Part shown: piece by piece, positions 27,517-36,738 of the stretch
How positions within the stretch are numbered: the stretch's first letter is position 1
Layout: each line of letters opens with the position of its first letter
From: Escherichia coli O157:H7 str. 2011EL-2287
GTDB lineage: Bacteria; Pseudomonadota; Gammaproteobacteria; Enterobacterales; Enterobacteriaceae
NCBI GenBank assembly: GCA_000614405.2
Contig: GCA_000614405.2_3612.1
Direction: 5' to 3' (one strand)
DNA length: 64,000 nucleotides
Position numbers and translations under genes: made by a program
Notes under the pieces: model-generated
Databases searched by the model: none
The model's input: only the letters and a program-made list of their open reading frames with translations
What the model was told of the DNA's origin: nothing

Positions 27517-27675
27517 AACGGACGTGCGTTCTCGCTACGCTCGAAAAAGAGAGTTGTTTGTAGGAAGCTCTTAAACGCTCTGTAAGGAGATTATCTGTCC
27601 AAGGTATGCAATCGTGCACCAGATAAAGAAAAGGACGCCACAGAGCGTCCTAGGTGTCTTAAATTTGATATTTTG

Positions 27676-27987
27676 CTATACCCATGAGGGCTTATCAAGG
27701 TTGGAGTAGCTAAAAGGTGTCAAAAGGTGACTGTCAAAATCTCTCAAACTATCCAAATCTTTTTCCTCGTCCTGACACCATCTGTGCCTACATTTATTGT
27801 TGTAGTGCATAGAATGCATAGCGTTCTGCAACTTAACAGGCACAATTGATTCAGGAGTAGTTAGTATTGTTGGGTATGCCAGAACCACCTCAAACAGTGG
27901 AAACACATCGAAACTAAAATCTACCTCTGCAGAGGTTGATGGCATGTAGGAGTATTTAGCCGTCTTTGTAGACATAATCCACCTCAC
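27676..27987 (-). CDS. hypothetical protein
   Basis: ORF, coupled to upstream gene. Confidence 0.5.
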   Translation of the reverse strand: MRWIMSTKTAKYSYMPSTSAEVDFSFDVFPLFEVVLAYPTILTTPESIVPVKLQNAMHSMHYNNKCRHRWCQDEEKDLDSLRDFDSHLLTPFSYSNLDKPSWV

Positions 27988-28310
27988 ACAGGTTTGATAA
28001 TACCTTCACCGAATAACTCTTCATATCTAATCTTATCCGGATCCCACTCCTGGATAATTTCGAAGACAATATCCAACCCTGGGATAATCACTTCTCCAGT
28101 GTCAAGTTTGGCAAGAACAAAACCAGAAGGCTGAATGGTTTCCCAGTTGCGACGATTGGAATAGAAGACCTCGAAAATATCACCGACCTTGATCTGTTGA
28201 TCAAGATGTTCAAGGTTCTCTTTCATGTAGACGCAGCGTATTTTTCGTGCAGGCCATAGACCACCTGCATCGCGTTCATTCAATTCTTTTACAGTGATCG
28301 GTATACTCAT
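27984..28310 (-). CDS. hypothetical protein
   Basis: ORF with SD GGAGA. Confidence 0.55.
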   Translation of the reverse strand: MSIPITVKELNERDAGGLWPARKIRCVYMKENLEHLDQQIKVGDIFEVFYSNRRNWETIQPSGFVLAKLDTGEVIIPGLDIVFEIIQEWDPDKIRYEELFGEGIIKPV

Positions 28311-28330
28311 CTCAAATCTCCTTCATAGAT

Positions 28331-28362
28331 AGTAAAAAGAGGGGCCCAAGCCCCTCTCTTTG
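28331..28362 (-). terminator. rho-independent terminator-like hairpin (minus strand)
   Basis: AGAGGGGC-TTGG-GCCCCTCT followed by TTTTTAC on minus strand. Confidence 0.5.
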
Positions 28363-28365
28363 TCA

Positions 28366-28671
28366 TTATTCTACAGAGCGTTTGAACAGAATGTCTGCCT
28401 CGGACATGTGCTCAACCTCTTCTTCGATTTTAGCTCGACGTTTTTCAGCCTCATATCGAATATCGAACTCGGTAGCCACCAGAGATTTGATGAATTTAGG
28501 AGAATACAGATGATCCTGCTTCTCAACAAGAATGATATCCTTGATGGCATCTTTCAGATCTTTAATCTGAAGTTGGAGTTCCACCAGTTCTTCGATTGTT
28601 TTGCGAAGGCGATCACGCTCTGCAGTGTCAGAAGGAAGAGAGGTGAACAGTTCAACTTTAGATTTAGCCAT
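28366..28671 (-). CDS. hypothetical protein
   Basis: ORF with SD AGGAGAC. Confidence 0.55.
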   Translation of the reverse strand: MAKSKVELFTSLPSDTAERDRLRKTIEELVELQLQIKDLKDAIKDIILVEKQDHLYSPKFIKSLVATEFDIRYEAEKRRAKIEEEVEHMSEADILFKRSVE

Positions 28672-28699
28672 AGTAAGAGTCTCCTTATGTTGTTTTAAA

Positions 28700-28951
28700 T
28701 TAACGTTCTACAAAAATACCGTTCAGTTCAATAACCAGGAATTTCTGGTCTTCACTATCGTCTCGTGCCAGCACCTCACAGACGTATCGGTCATCCCCAT
28801 CATCATCGCAGTCAAATACAAGACTGAGGACTTTATCATGATAAACCTTCGCCACTACCGCCTCGTAAGTATTGCCGATTGTGAATCCAAGATAATCTCC
28901 GATGCATTTGACAACAACATGGTCGCCAGCATTCAAGTCAATCTTCGTCAT
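28700..28951 (-). CDS. hypothetical protein (ORF extends to 29017; ATG 28951 has SD AGGAG)
   Basis: ORF. Confidence 0.5.
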   Translation of the reverse strand: MTKIDLNAGDHVVVKCIGDYLGFTIGNTYEAVVAKVYHDKVLSLVFDCDDDGDDRYVCEVLARDDSEDQKFLVIELNGIFVER

Positions 28952-29106
28952 TACTGCGCTCCTTGGGTAATAATACTGTATGTAAAACTTTAACCAGAGA
29001 TGTGAATAACGCCCCAAAACACACCGATAGCGCTAAAACAGACAAGGCCATCATTAAAGCTTCAGTAAAATCTGTCATTCCTCACCTCTTGTTAGTCACT
29101 ATACTA

Positions 29107-29370
29107 TCATTTATCCTTACCGTCAAGAACTTTTTTAAATCTTTCAGGGATATCTCCCGTTCTTAGATAGTTCATGACCTCACAAGGTTCCCACTTGAAT
29201 TTCTTACAAAGCAGGGCGGCTGATATTGTCTCATTGCGAAAAGAAAGGATATTAATATCCCATTCTGAGAACCCCAACTTCCGAAGGGTAGCTACAGAAA
29301 TCCTCACCGCAACCCAGCAGCAAAAACATGCAACAAACGCCACTGCTATAACCCACATCAGGATGTTCAT
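29107..29370 (-). CDS. hypothetical membrane protein
   Basis: ORF; N-terminal TM segment ILMWVIAVAFVACFCCWVAV. Confidence 0.5.
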   Translation of the reverse strand: MNILMWVIAVAFVACFCCWVAVRISVATLRKLGFSEWDINILSFRNETISAALLCKKFKWEPCEVMNYLRTGDIPERFKKVLDGKDK

Positions 29371-29459
29371 ACAAGCACCTCACTGAAATACAAGACACAG
29401 TGTTAAGGTTACTGACCAGCAAATAATTAACAGTGCCGTTGCAACCTTGGCAAGATTTA

Positions 29460-29747
29460 TCATAGTGCCTCTAAGATTTCATATCCTTCGGGTCGGAATA
29501 CAAGCCACTCCGTGGCTCCGTTTGGTCGATACGCTTTATACAGAACAACCTGATCTCGGCACATGCACATAGCTACATAGTTTTCATCCACACCTGCAGC
29601 CTGCATTGCAGCTTCTTCTCCGGCAACTGCTTTGCTTACAACCTCCTTGGTAGGCAGGTGTGCGATCAGCTCGTCACCATCATTAATTCCAAAATGGCTG
29701 AGCTCTCCATTGGTATCTTTAATCTTAATCTTAACCAGATCTTTCAT
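29460..29747 (-). CDS. hypothetical small acidic protein
   Basis: ORF in tightly coupled operon. Confidence 0.5.
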   Translation of the reverse strand: MKDLVKIKIKDTNGELSHFGINDGDELIAHLPTKEVVSKAVAGEEAAMQAAGVDENYVAMCMCRDQVVLYKAYRPNGATEWLVFRPEGYEILEAL

Positions 29748-30076
29748 TAGTCTTCCTCCAGGTTCAAAGGCCCTAAGATTTCATATGCCAGATTAGAAGT
29801 TACCAGAGGGTCTTCTGCATCTTTAGTATTATACCACCCGTGAATAACCAGAGTCCCACTCTGTTTCATATCCAACTGGAACTGTTCTGCAGTTTCCTCA
29901 TCCATCTCTAAGATCTCCATGAGGTATTTGATGTTAGGAAGGTATGCAGCTGTTACAGTTCCCTCCACCAAACCTTCGGGCCAACCTACATCTGGATGAC
30001 AAGTAGGAACCAGGTTGGTCAGCTTAATGGTGTACGCTTTTTCTGCACGAGCCTTCAGTAACGGGTCAATCTTCAT
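29747..30076 (-). CDS. hypothetical small acidic protein
   Basis: ORF; start/stop overlap with neighbours. Confidence 0.5.
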   Translation of the reverse strand: MKIDPLLKARAEKAYTIKLTNLVPTCHPDVGWPEGLVEGTVTAAYLPNIKYLMEILEMDEETAEQFQLDMKQSGTLVIHGWYNTKDAEDPLVTSNLAYEILGPLNLEED

Positions 30077-30426
30077 TATTCGTCCTCCTCTTCGGTGCCT
30101 GCTTCCAGTAATAAGTTAAGAATATCTTCTGCACAAGGCTCATAGAACTCTTGGCCTTCATTATCGATGATTTTGTAGTCATCTCCACGAATAATCAGAG
30201 GATCACTCTCAAAATTATCGAGACCTTTAACAACGACAACACGATCGATTGCCATCATTGTAAGAACTTTATCAACATCTTCCTCTGCTACACCATACTG
30301 CAGCAGAATGTCTTTGGTAGGAGGAACAGCATCCACCACAACACCGTTACCAAAACCTTCCGGCAATTTAGATAAAATATCTTCCGGAACCGCATTCACA
30401 TCAAAACCGGTAATTTCTACTTTCAT
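30076..30426 (-). CDS. hypothetical small acidic protein
   Basis: ORF; start/stop overlap. Confidence 0.5.
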   Translation of the reverse strand: MKVEITGFDVNAVPEDILSKLPEGFGNGVVVDAVPPTKDILLQYGVAEEDVDKVLTMMAIDRVVVVKGLDNFESDPLIIRGDDYKIIDNEGQEFYEPCAEDILNLLLEAGTEEEDE

Positions 30427-30687
30427 TTACAGCACCTCTTCGTCGACTACTTCATAAAAATGGCTTGGGATTGCAATAGCGTTCTCACCTTCACCTACAA
30501 ACACAGTTCCGTCAAGAATCAACATCATAAGAATTTCTGGAATATCCTCTTCCGGAACGTTGCCAAAACCTTTAATCAGCGTGTAGGTTGGAAGATTTAC
30601 CTCTAAGATGTCACCATCTTTAGAACGGAAATCTACACCGTCCTGAATCTCTGCCGTTTCAAGGTTTTTCAATTTAATCTTCATCAA
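30427..30687 (-). CDS. hypothetical small acidic protein (MKIKL family)
   Basis: ORF with SD CAGGAGAC; minus-strand TTGACA-N17-AATAAT promoter upstream. Confidence 0.55.
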   Translation of the reverse strand: MMKIKLKNLETAEIQDGVDFRSKDGDILEVNLPTYTLIKGFGNVPEEDIPEILMMLILDGTVFVGEGENAIAIPSHFYEVVDEEVL

Positions 30688-30763
30688 TCGGTCTCCTGTC
30701 TTGTTAAGATGAAGGTATTATTTCACACAGGGTTGGCGTTGTCAACACCTGTGTGCAAGAAAA

Positions 30764-31159
30764 TTACTGAAACAGTGCGGATAAATTACCTTCTGGTGGA
30801 AACTTATCTGCCAAAAACGGTGTTAGCACAGTAGCCTTCTGAAGATCTGGGGTCCACTCGTTGTTCAGAACATCCCAGTAGTACGCAATGTTGCTGTGTG
30901 GGTGCCGCATTACGAACTTTTTCCCTTCGTAGTCATCTGAAACCTCTACAGAAGAAATAACAACAGAATCTTCAAGGGTTTCTTCATAGAAAGATCCACC
31001 TTCAAATTTCCAACGAGATGCAAGAGCCCCTGCCTTGAACGCTGCAGATAACGGACTGTCGGCAAGAACATACATTTCTTGCACTCTGTCGCTGCGATCT
31101 TTGCTTCTTACGTTGTATACAGTATCTGAGCTATACTCAACACGGTATAGTCTTACCAT
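30764..31159 (-). CDS. hypothetical protein (paralog of 32970-33368)
   Basis: ORF; shares H(P)..YW....W(T)P motif with 32970-33368. Confidence 0.55.
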   Translation of the reverse strand: MVRLYRVEYSSDTVYNVRSKDRSDRVQEMYVLADSPLSAAFKAGALASRWKFEGGSFYEETLEDSVVISSVEVSDDYEGKKFVMRHPHSNIAYYWDVLNNEWTPDLQKATVLTPFLADKFPPEGNLSALFQ

Positions 31160-31491
31160 TACCGCACCTCCTCAATAACTTCCACATCTGAACCTACCAC
31201 AAATGCAAAAGGACAGGTTTCATGAAAGACATCCGGATCGCCGCCAAGCTTGCTAACAATTTCTCCACCACTAATAAACACAAGCTCACCGATATTCATC
31301 AGATTGCTGAAATAGTATCCATAATGATTAAAGAATGCAGCAGGGTCAGGTAAACTAGTAGCCTCAAGTTCTACATCGTTTGAGATTACTTTCTTATCAT
31401 AACCTCTCGCCTTCTGAGATGCAAGATCTGCAGAATCTTCAGGCGACCGGAGATGCACAGGAATTGTTTCACCAATAAATCGTACTTTCAT
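31159..31491 (-). CDS. hypothetical small acidic protein (MKV family; ORF extends to 31518)
   Basis: ORF; SD GGGTGAG before ATG 31491. Confidence 0.5.
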   Translation of the reverse strand: MKVRFIGETIPVHLRSPEDSADLASQKARGYDKKVISNDVELEATSLPDPAAFFNHYGYYFSNLMNIGELVFISGGEIVSKLGGDPDVFHETCPFAFVVGSDVEVIEEVR

Positions 31492-31495
31492 ATTC

Positions 31496-31759
31496 TCACC
31501 CAACAACCATAGCTTCAAAAGGAGTCATGAACGAATAAACGGCATCATCATCTGCTTCAGGGAATGCTCCCAAAGACTTCATGTCTGAGCCCTTGACAAA
31601 TACAAGGTTTTGATCAAAAGCTTCTTGGGGATCAATCCGATACATATCTCGTAGAATATCGCTTACCTCCTCATCAAGAGGTGAGTATGCTGTGCACGTT
31701 TTTCCGATCAAGCTTTGAGAATCAGGGTATCCACCTGAAGTTTTAAAATAAACAATCAT
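31496..31759 (-). CDS. hypothetical small acidic protein (paralog family, KGSDMKSLGA motif)
   Basis: ORF. Confidence 0.5.
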   Translation of the reverse strand: MIVYFKTSGGYPDSQSLIGKTCTAYSPLDEEVSDILRDMYRIDPQEAFDQNLVFVKGSDMKSLGAFPEADDDAVYSFMTPFEAMVVG

Positions 31760-31854
31760 ATAGTATCACCTCTGGCAAGAGATGGGGATTCCTTTCCCAC
31801 AAATAATTACAAACTTTTCTTTTTATTGAGAGAAGTATGCTAATCCAAGCAGGA

Positions 31855-32124
31855 TTACTCTTCTACAATCTCATACACATCAGGAGTTACAATCAACTCT
31901 TCTCCGTTACCCGGTGCAACAAACACCACCAAGCCTTCAGGTGTGTGCTTTTTAGCCATCTCGATAACATCTTCCCGCAGAGCTGGCTCCATCAGATCAA
32001 AACCTTCACCCAGGGCATCACGAACCACCTTCATATAGTCCACTGGTTGTGCTTCAACAATCATGCCTTCAACCAGTCCACAGTTTTTGTCTGCCAGCTC
32101 AGTTTTGAATAATTTAATTTTCAT
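31855..32124 (-). CDS. hypothetical small acidic protein (MKIKL family)
   Basis: ORF with SD GAGGAGAC. Confidence 0.55.
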   Translation of the reverse strand: MKIKLFKTELADKNCGLVEGMIVEAQPVDYMKVVRDALGEGFDLMEPALREDVIEMAKKHTPEGLVVFVAPGNGEELIVTPDVYEIVEE

Positions 32125-32150
32125 TTAGAGGTCTCCTCAATTATTTGATA

Positions 32151-32252
32151 TTAATAGCCGTAACCTAACACATTAACTACAATTGCGATTGCAAACATAA
32201 TTTCAAAGCATGCAATCTCTACATTTGGGACTAATTTCTTAATCACACCCAT
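32151..32252 (-). CDS. hypothetical small hydrophobic peptide (33 aa)
   Basis: ORF below cutoff; SD GAGGTG 7 nt upstream. Confidence 0.3.
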   Translation of the reverse strand: MGVIKKLVPNVEIACFEIMFAIAIVVNVLGYGY

Positions 32253-32261
32253 TGTAGCACC

Positions 32262-32579
32262 TCATTCTCCAAAGTCAATCTTTACTTTGCCTTTCCCCTT
32301 ACCTTTCTTTCCACCACATTTAGCCAGCTGACGTGCTGCAACATCTACCATACGGTCAGTTGCCTCGTAAGCATCACTGCCTTTAGCTTTGGCAATAACT
32401 TCTTTTCCAGAATTGTCAAAAATGAACGCCATAACTTCCTGGTGATCATTTTCAACTTTTACACTCACACGTGCATAGTTGGCAGAGGGGTGCAAACGCT
32501 CCAGCTTAGACATTTTGTGGGAAATGAAAGACACCATACCTTCAGTGATTTCTACGTTGCCAGTGATTTCAATTTGCAT
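32262..32579 (-). CDS. hpf: ribosome hibernation promoting factor homolog (HPF/YfiA/RaiA family)
   Basis: MQIEITGNVEITEGMVSFISHKMSKLERL...VSVKVE...DAYEATDRMVDVAARQLAK aligns along its length with E. coli HPF (MQLNITGNNVEITEALREFV...KLARQLTK); SD AAGGAAC. Confidence 0.75.
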   Translation of the reverse strand: MQIEITGNVEITEGMVSFISHKMSKLERLHPSANYARVSVKVENDHQEVMAFIFDNSGKEVIAKAKGSDAYEATDRMVDVAARQLAKCGGKKGKGKGKVKIDFGE

Positions 32580-32626
32580 AACGTGTTCCTTTTAAAGAAG
32601 AGGGAATAACTCTCTCTTTGAAAACA

Positions 32627-32655
32627 ATAATACTATAGCTGAAGCGTTGTGTCAA
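32627..32655 (-). promoter_or_regulatory. sigma70-like promoter for the HPF homolog (minus strand)
   Basis: TTGACA-N17-TATTAT on minus strand about 50 nt upstream of the hpf start. Confidence 0.5.
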
Positions 32656-32661
32656 CAGTTT

Positions 32662-32952
32662 TTACAGATTGTTGTCGATAGTATTTAAAATATCCACAGC
32701 AAGATCTGCCATTTTTCGAACATACTCTGCAAACTCAACAGAATCCTTGATCAAAGAATTTACAGGGTCGTACCCTAGAGCGTTCAAAATGGCTGCAGCA
32801 TCTACAACCTTTTCATCATTTGCAAAGATCTCTCCGTCAAACTTATAGGTCCATTTTGAGTCAATCTTGGCAGGGCATGGCTGGTCCATGCTTGTTACAC
32901 CATCGTCTTTAACCTCTCCTGCGTTATCAATATTCAGAACTAAATCCATCAT
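32662..32952 (-). CDS. hypothetical protein
   Basis: ORF. Confidence 0.5.
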   Translation of the reverse strand: MMDLVLNIDNAGEVKDDGVTSMDQPCPAKIDSKWTYKFDGEIFANDEKVVDAAAILNALGYDPVNSLIKDSVEFAEYVRKMADLAVDILNTIDNNL

Positions 32953-32969
32953 AGTGGCACCTCACTGTT

Positions 32970-33368
32970 TCAGTTTAGCTTTTCTTCAACAACCCCATAG
33001 CTCGGGGCAGAGTCAAGAGCTTTTTGGTTTAAAAGTGGTGTAGCAGAATCTGCAAACGGTGTCCAAGTTTTTGTTCTGGCATTCCAGTAATGCTTCACTC
33101 TGGAATCTGGATGCACTATAACAAAAACTTTTTCACTTGTCAACACATTAATTTCTTCTACACCCTTGCTGATAATTTCTCCGTCATAGCCCCCAGTCTG
33201 GTATCCTTCGTACCAGGTTCTTGCATAGGCATAGCCAGCCTGCCAGCATGCAGCCTCCTCCGAGGTGGAGACTACGTAGAAGTCTTTCTCAAATTCTGGA
33301 ATACGCCCTTGCTTTACGCTCCAAGCTCCGCGAATTTTCATTGTAACTTTAAACAGTTTATTTTTCAC
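32970..33368 (-). CDS. hypothetical protein (paralog of 30764-31159)
   Basis: ORF; VIVHPDSRVKHYWNARTKTWTP versus VMRHPHSNIAYYWDVLNNEWTP. Confidence 0.55.
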   Translation of the reverse strand: MKNKLFKVTMKIRGAWSVKQGRIPEFEKDFYVVSTSEEAACWQAGYAYARTWYEGYQTGGYDGEIISKGVEEINVLTSEKVFVIVHPDSRVKHYWNARTKTWTPFADSATPLLNQKALDSAPSYGVVEEKLN

Positions 33369-33380
33369 AACGGTTACCCA

Positions 33381-33635
33381 TCACAGCTCTACAATATCTG
33401 CATCTGACCCTACCCCAAAGGCATAATAGGACTCTTCCCCGAAATAATATTCAGGTGCACCAGCGGTGATCAGGTCTGATCCCAAGATAAACACCACGTT
33501 GTGGCCTACATAACTGTGATGTTGCCGCACAGGATCATCCCACGGCAACCCTTCAAAGTATACCGCAGGAACGACCTTTCCATTCAGGAAGGATTGTCCC
33601 AAGTAGACGTTAGAATCAAGAATTTTAACCTTCAT
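33381..33635 (-). CDS. hypothetical small acidic protein (MKVK family)
   Basis: ORF; MKVKILDSNVYLGQ...SDLITAGA. Confidence 0.55.
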   Translation of the reverse strand: MKVKILDSNVYLGQSFLNGKVVPAVYFEGLPWDDPVRQHHSYVGHNVVFILGSDLITAGAPEYYFGEESYYAFGVGSDADIVEL

Positions 33636-33852
33636 GATCGTCCTCCACTACCTCTACATCCTCACCTAGGGCAAAGTTGTAGGTCCACTGACTGTCAAAG
33701 CATTCCTGAGATGCACCAGCGGCAATAAGATCTGCTCCTTTTATTTTTAAAAGGTCAGGGTAATCTTCGTTAGGGACAGCAGTAAACACTTTTCCTACTA
33801 AAGGCTCCTGACCAATATAGAAGCTTGAATCTAAAACTTTAACTTTCATCAA
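33625..33852 (-). CDS. hypothetical small acidic protein (MKVK family)
   Basis: ORF; MMKVKVLDSSFYIGQ...ADLIAAGA. Confidence 0.55.
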   Translation of the reverse strand: MMKVKVLDSSFYIGQEPLVGKVFTAVPNEDYPDLLKIKGADLIAAGASQECFDSQWTYNFALGEDVEVVEDDHEG

Positions 33853-34136
33853 CGGTCTCCATCAGGTGGTTGTGGGACGTAAACACTGTTACGAATATCG
33901 TCCGCAGTATAGTAATAAGTGTCTCCAACCCTATCTCTGGCTGCAATGTACTCTGCTATACCAATAAGTGCCATTGATTTGGTGGCGTATCTTCCCCACT
34001 CGTTAGCTCCCCAGTAGAATTTAGACCAATAGGGAATAAGACCGAACAAATATACCTTTTGACGAACTTCCCAGTAAGTGCCTTTCCCGACAAGTTTAAA
34101 CTCAACTTCACCACTGTTAATCTTTTTCATTATCAA
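33849..34136 (-). CDS. hypothetical protein
   Basis: ORF, ATGA-type coupling. Confidence 0.5.
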   Translation of the reverse strand: MIMKKINSGEVEFKLVGKGTYWEVRQKVYLFGLIPYWSKFYWGANEWGRYATKSMALIGIAEYIAARDRVGDTYYYTADDIRNSVYVPQPPDGDR

Positions 34137-34429
34137 TCTCCCTCTACCGTGGTCGGATTGTCAGTAATAAATTGAGCATTAGCTGGAGGTACGCCTGACA
34201 TTTTCCACACGACCATAAGTTTGTAACCAGGCACTCTATTAAGCGCAGATCGAGTAGAGTTTGTGCACGTATACTTTCGCTTTCCAAACCCGTTCTCCAT
34301 CATAATCCAGTACCCAGTATCTTTGTCACCAGGTATTGGTAGACCACCTTCATCAACCCACTGAATGGACCACGGCACGATGGCTACAGCTTTATATTTA
34401 AACTTTTTAAACCACTCAAAAAGTTTCAT
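34133..34429 (-). CDS. hypothetical protein
   Basis: ORF. Confidence 0.5.
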   Translation of the reverse strand: MKLFEWFKKFKYKAVAIVPWSIQWVDEGGLPIPGDKDTGYWIMMENGFGKRKYTCTNSTRSALNRVPGYKLMVVWKMSGVPPANAQFITDNPTTVEGD

Positions 34430-34524
34430 AATTCAGCCTCGCATAGACATAATCACTATAAACAGGCAAACAATGAATCCGAATGCCACGCCACCCATAA
34501 ACGTTAATATTGATGCAATCATAG

Positions 34525-34710
34525 TCAATCAGCCTCGCTTGGCAACTCTTCCACCTTAACATGCCGAAAAGTGTTACCGTAATGGTTGATCCATGACATC
34601 AGCTCACTTTCTTGCTCTTCCTCTGGAATGAACTCTCGAATACTGACAAGTTTTAAGAAAACCCAATCACAATCTGCACCCATTCTACCAGACAGACAAT
34701 AGTGCTTCAT
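34525..34710 (-). CDS. hypothetical protein
   Basis: ORF. Confidence 0.4.
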   Translation of the reverse strand: MKHYCLSGRMGADCDWVFLKLVSIREFIPEEEQESELMSWINHYGNTFRHVKVEELPSEAD

Positions 34711-34729
34711 AAAAACCCTCCATCCTGGT

Positions 34730-34930
34730 TTAGAATACTGCCTCTTTTAATGATCCAAGGCGCAGCAGGTGTGAAATCTGATCCACATTCATGGTAGATT
34801 CAATCTCCTCTCCTTTGAAAGGTTCTCGGCAAAACAGTACTACATTCGGGTTTTCGCTACGCACTATATAATACAGATCGTTCAAATCATTCTCATAGTA
34901 GGTATTAAATTTAAGAATTTTGTCACTCAT
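34730..34930 (-). CDS. hypothetical protein
   Basis: ORF. Confidence 0.45.
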   Translation of the reverse strand: MSDKILKFNTYYENDLNDLYYIVRSENPNVVLFCREPFKGEEIESTMNVDQISHLLRLGSLKEAVF

Positions 34931-35184
34931 TTTCTACTCCTCTTCTTAGATTTTTGGGGAGAAACGCTTTCTGCAATACGAGACAAACGTTCTTCTGAAG
35001 CCTTGCCTATTCCAGGTTTTTTGAGTGGATTATCTTTATGACCACAATCCAATTGGATATCGGATACCTCTCCAACCTTGTAAGTCAATTCTAGCAAAAG
35101 GTTGTCGTCCTTGTCAAATGTTCTTACGATAAATTTTTTATCGTTCTCCTGAACTTCATATCTGGTACCTGCAGTATACAGCAT
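34927..35184 (-). CDS. hypothetical protein
   Basis: ORF. Confidence 0.45.
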   Translation of the reverse strand: MLYTAGTRYEVQENDKKFIVRTFDKDDNLLLELTYKVGEVSDIQLDCGHKDNPLKKPGIGKASEERLSRIAESVSPQKSKKRSRK

Positions 35185-35199
35185 GGTGCGATATCCAGA

Positions 35200-35547
35200 T
35201 CATTGAGCCTCCTTCTGCTGCAACAGCATTAACTCTTTGTTAGAGATCTTTACTGCTGTTTTTATTGTTCCATCTTTACGGAACCACGACCAGAACTCTA
35301 CAGTGTCTCCACTATCAAGCAAAGCATGCCCATGGTAGAAGTCTTTGTCCTTGGACAGTTTCTCATCTATGTCTGCATCGACACATTCGTGATCCATAGC
35401 ATTTTGCCTGAATGCATCGGTTATGCCAATGCACGCCTTGCTCTCAAGACTGGCATATCCGATATCTTTTAATTCAGTTTCCCAAACCCAGAACCCTATA
35501 AAAGCCACAACAGCTACCCACATTAATATCGATTTAATCTTTGACAT
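35200..35547 (-). CDS. hypothetical membrane-anchored protein
   Basis: ORF; N-terminal TM segment ILMWVAVVAFIGFWVW. Confidence 0.5.
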   Translation of the reverse strand: MSKIKSILMWVAVVAFIGFWVWETELKDIGYASLESKACIGITDAFRQNAMDHECVDADIDEKLSKDKDFYHGHALLDSGDTVEFWSWFRKDGTIKTAVKISNKELMLLQQKEAQ

Positions 35548-35607
35548 TCTCTCTACCTCTTTCTTAATTTGTTTAATTATGGCACATCCTTTGTGCCTTG
35601 TTGCACA

Positions 35608-36069
35608 CTACTTAGACAACAGTTCAAAATAGTGCAAAATTAACAGAAGTTGAATTACGCCTAGCACAACGGCAAGTATGTTAATCTTAGAATCAAAAAA
35701 CTTCTTAACTTTTACCCTAAAAGGCTCCTTGATGTCCTTTACGATCCTATTTATAGATGATTTCATATCCCTGATTACCATCCTAAACATTAGAGACGGA
35801 TCTTCCTTCTCTGTAACAGAATCGAAAACATACTCTCTTCGGTCATAAGGACCTCCAGATCTGCGTATTAACCTCTCCACAGAGACCTCGTACGACACAC
35901 CTGTAACGTAATCATCTATGATAAGTAGTGACGGGTCTTTATCGTCCAAGGGTATTAAAGTTATCTTTCCAGATTTTGTTAAAATTTCTCCTTTTTCAAG
36001 CAAGGTGTACCAATGCTCTCTACCAAGATTGTTGAGGCACGTTTTTACATATTTAACAAACATCGTCAC
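35608..36069 (-). CDS. hypothetical protein
   Basis: ORF. Confidence 0.5.
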   Translation of the reverse strand: MTMFVKYVKTCLNNLGREHWYTLLEKGEILTKSGKITLIPLDDKDPSLLIIDDYVTGVSYEVSVERLIRRSGGPYDRREYVFDSVTEKEDPSLMFRMVIRDMKSSINRIVKDIKEPFRVKVKKFFDSKINILAVVLGVIQLLLILHYFELLSK

Positions 36070-36269
36070 CCCTCATCGCACGTCTGATATAACCACTCTA
36101 TGAAATCTTGATACCATTCGCCCTCTGAGCGCTCCGTAGGCCAATAATCTTCACCCTCTCGTGCATTAAAATCTGAGTATTCAACTTTCCACTCCTTTAC
36201 CAGCTCGTGGAGAAGGTTTTCAGCCTGCTCTAAAGATTTATTTTTTGCCATTGCTGTCTCCTTTTTCAA
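36066..36269 (-). CDS. hypothetical protein
   Basis: ORF with SD AGGAGAC. Confidence 0.45.
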   Translation of the reverse strand: MKKETAMAKNKSLEQAENLLHELVKEWKVEYSDFNAREGEDYWPTERSEGEWYQDFIEWLYQTCDEG

Positions 36270-36470
36270 GATAGTTATACATCAGAACTGCACCACCTAA
36301 AATGGCTACCAGTAACAATACCCCAGATAGCATCTCAATAAACATGGCTTGAAACACTGGAAGGTCTCCCTAAATTAACGCACCATTTTAAATACATGCT
36401 CTTTTCCCATAAAGGTGCCTGGCTAAGATCTGCGTAGAACGCAATCTCTTTAAGAACAGTATAAACAGTT

Positions 36471-36707
36471 TTAGGTGCGGTCTCCATCCCTACTCTCCTT
36501 TTTCTCCTTACGGATATTCTTGTAGTAATCAACTAGGCACATTATTACAATGAAGATAACAATAGGCCAAAAAGGTGCAGCAGTGATGATGGTGATAAAA
36601 TCATCAAACTTCACCTTTCGTCTAGCTACGATGCATACACCTGTCAAGAATACCGCTGTTATAACGGCTATTACCAGGTAACCTATTAGCACAGCATTTA
36701 TACTCAT
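36471..36707 (-). CDS. hypothetical membrane protein
   Basis: ORF; two hydrophobic segments. Confidence 0.5.
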   Translation of the reverse strand: MSINAVLIGYLVIAVITAVFLTGVCIVARRKVKFDDFITIITAAPFWPIVIFIVIMCLVDYYKNIRKEKKESRDGDRT

Positions 36708-36738
36708 TAGTCCTCCCTTTTGTAGGTTAAATTATATA

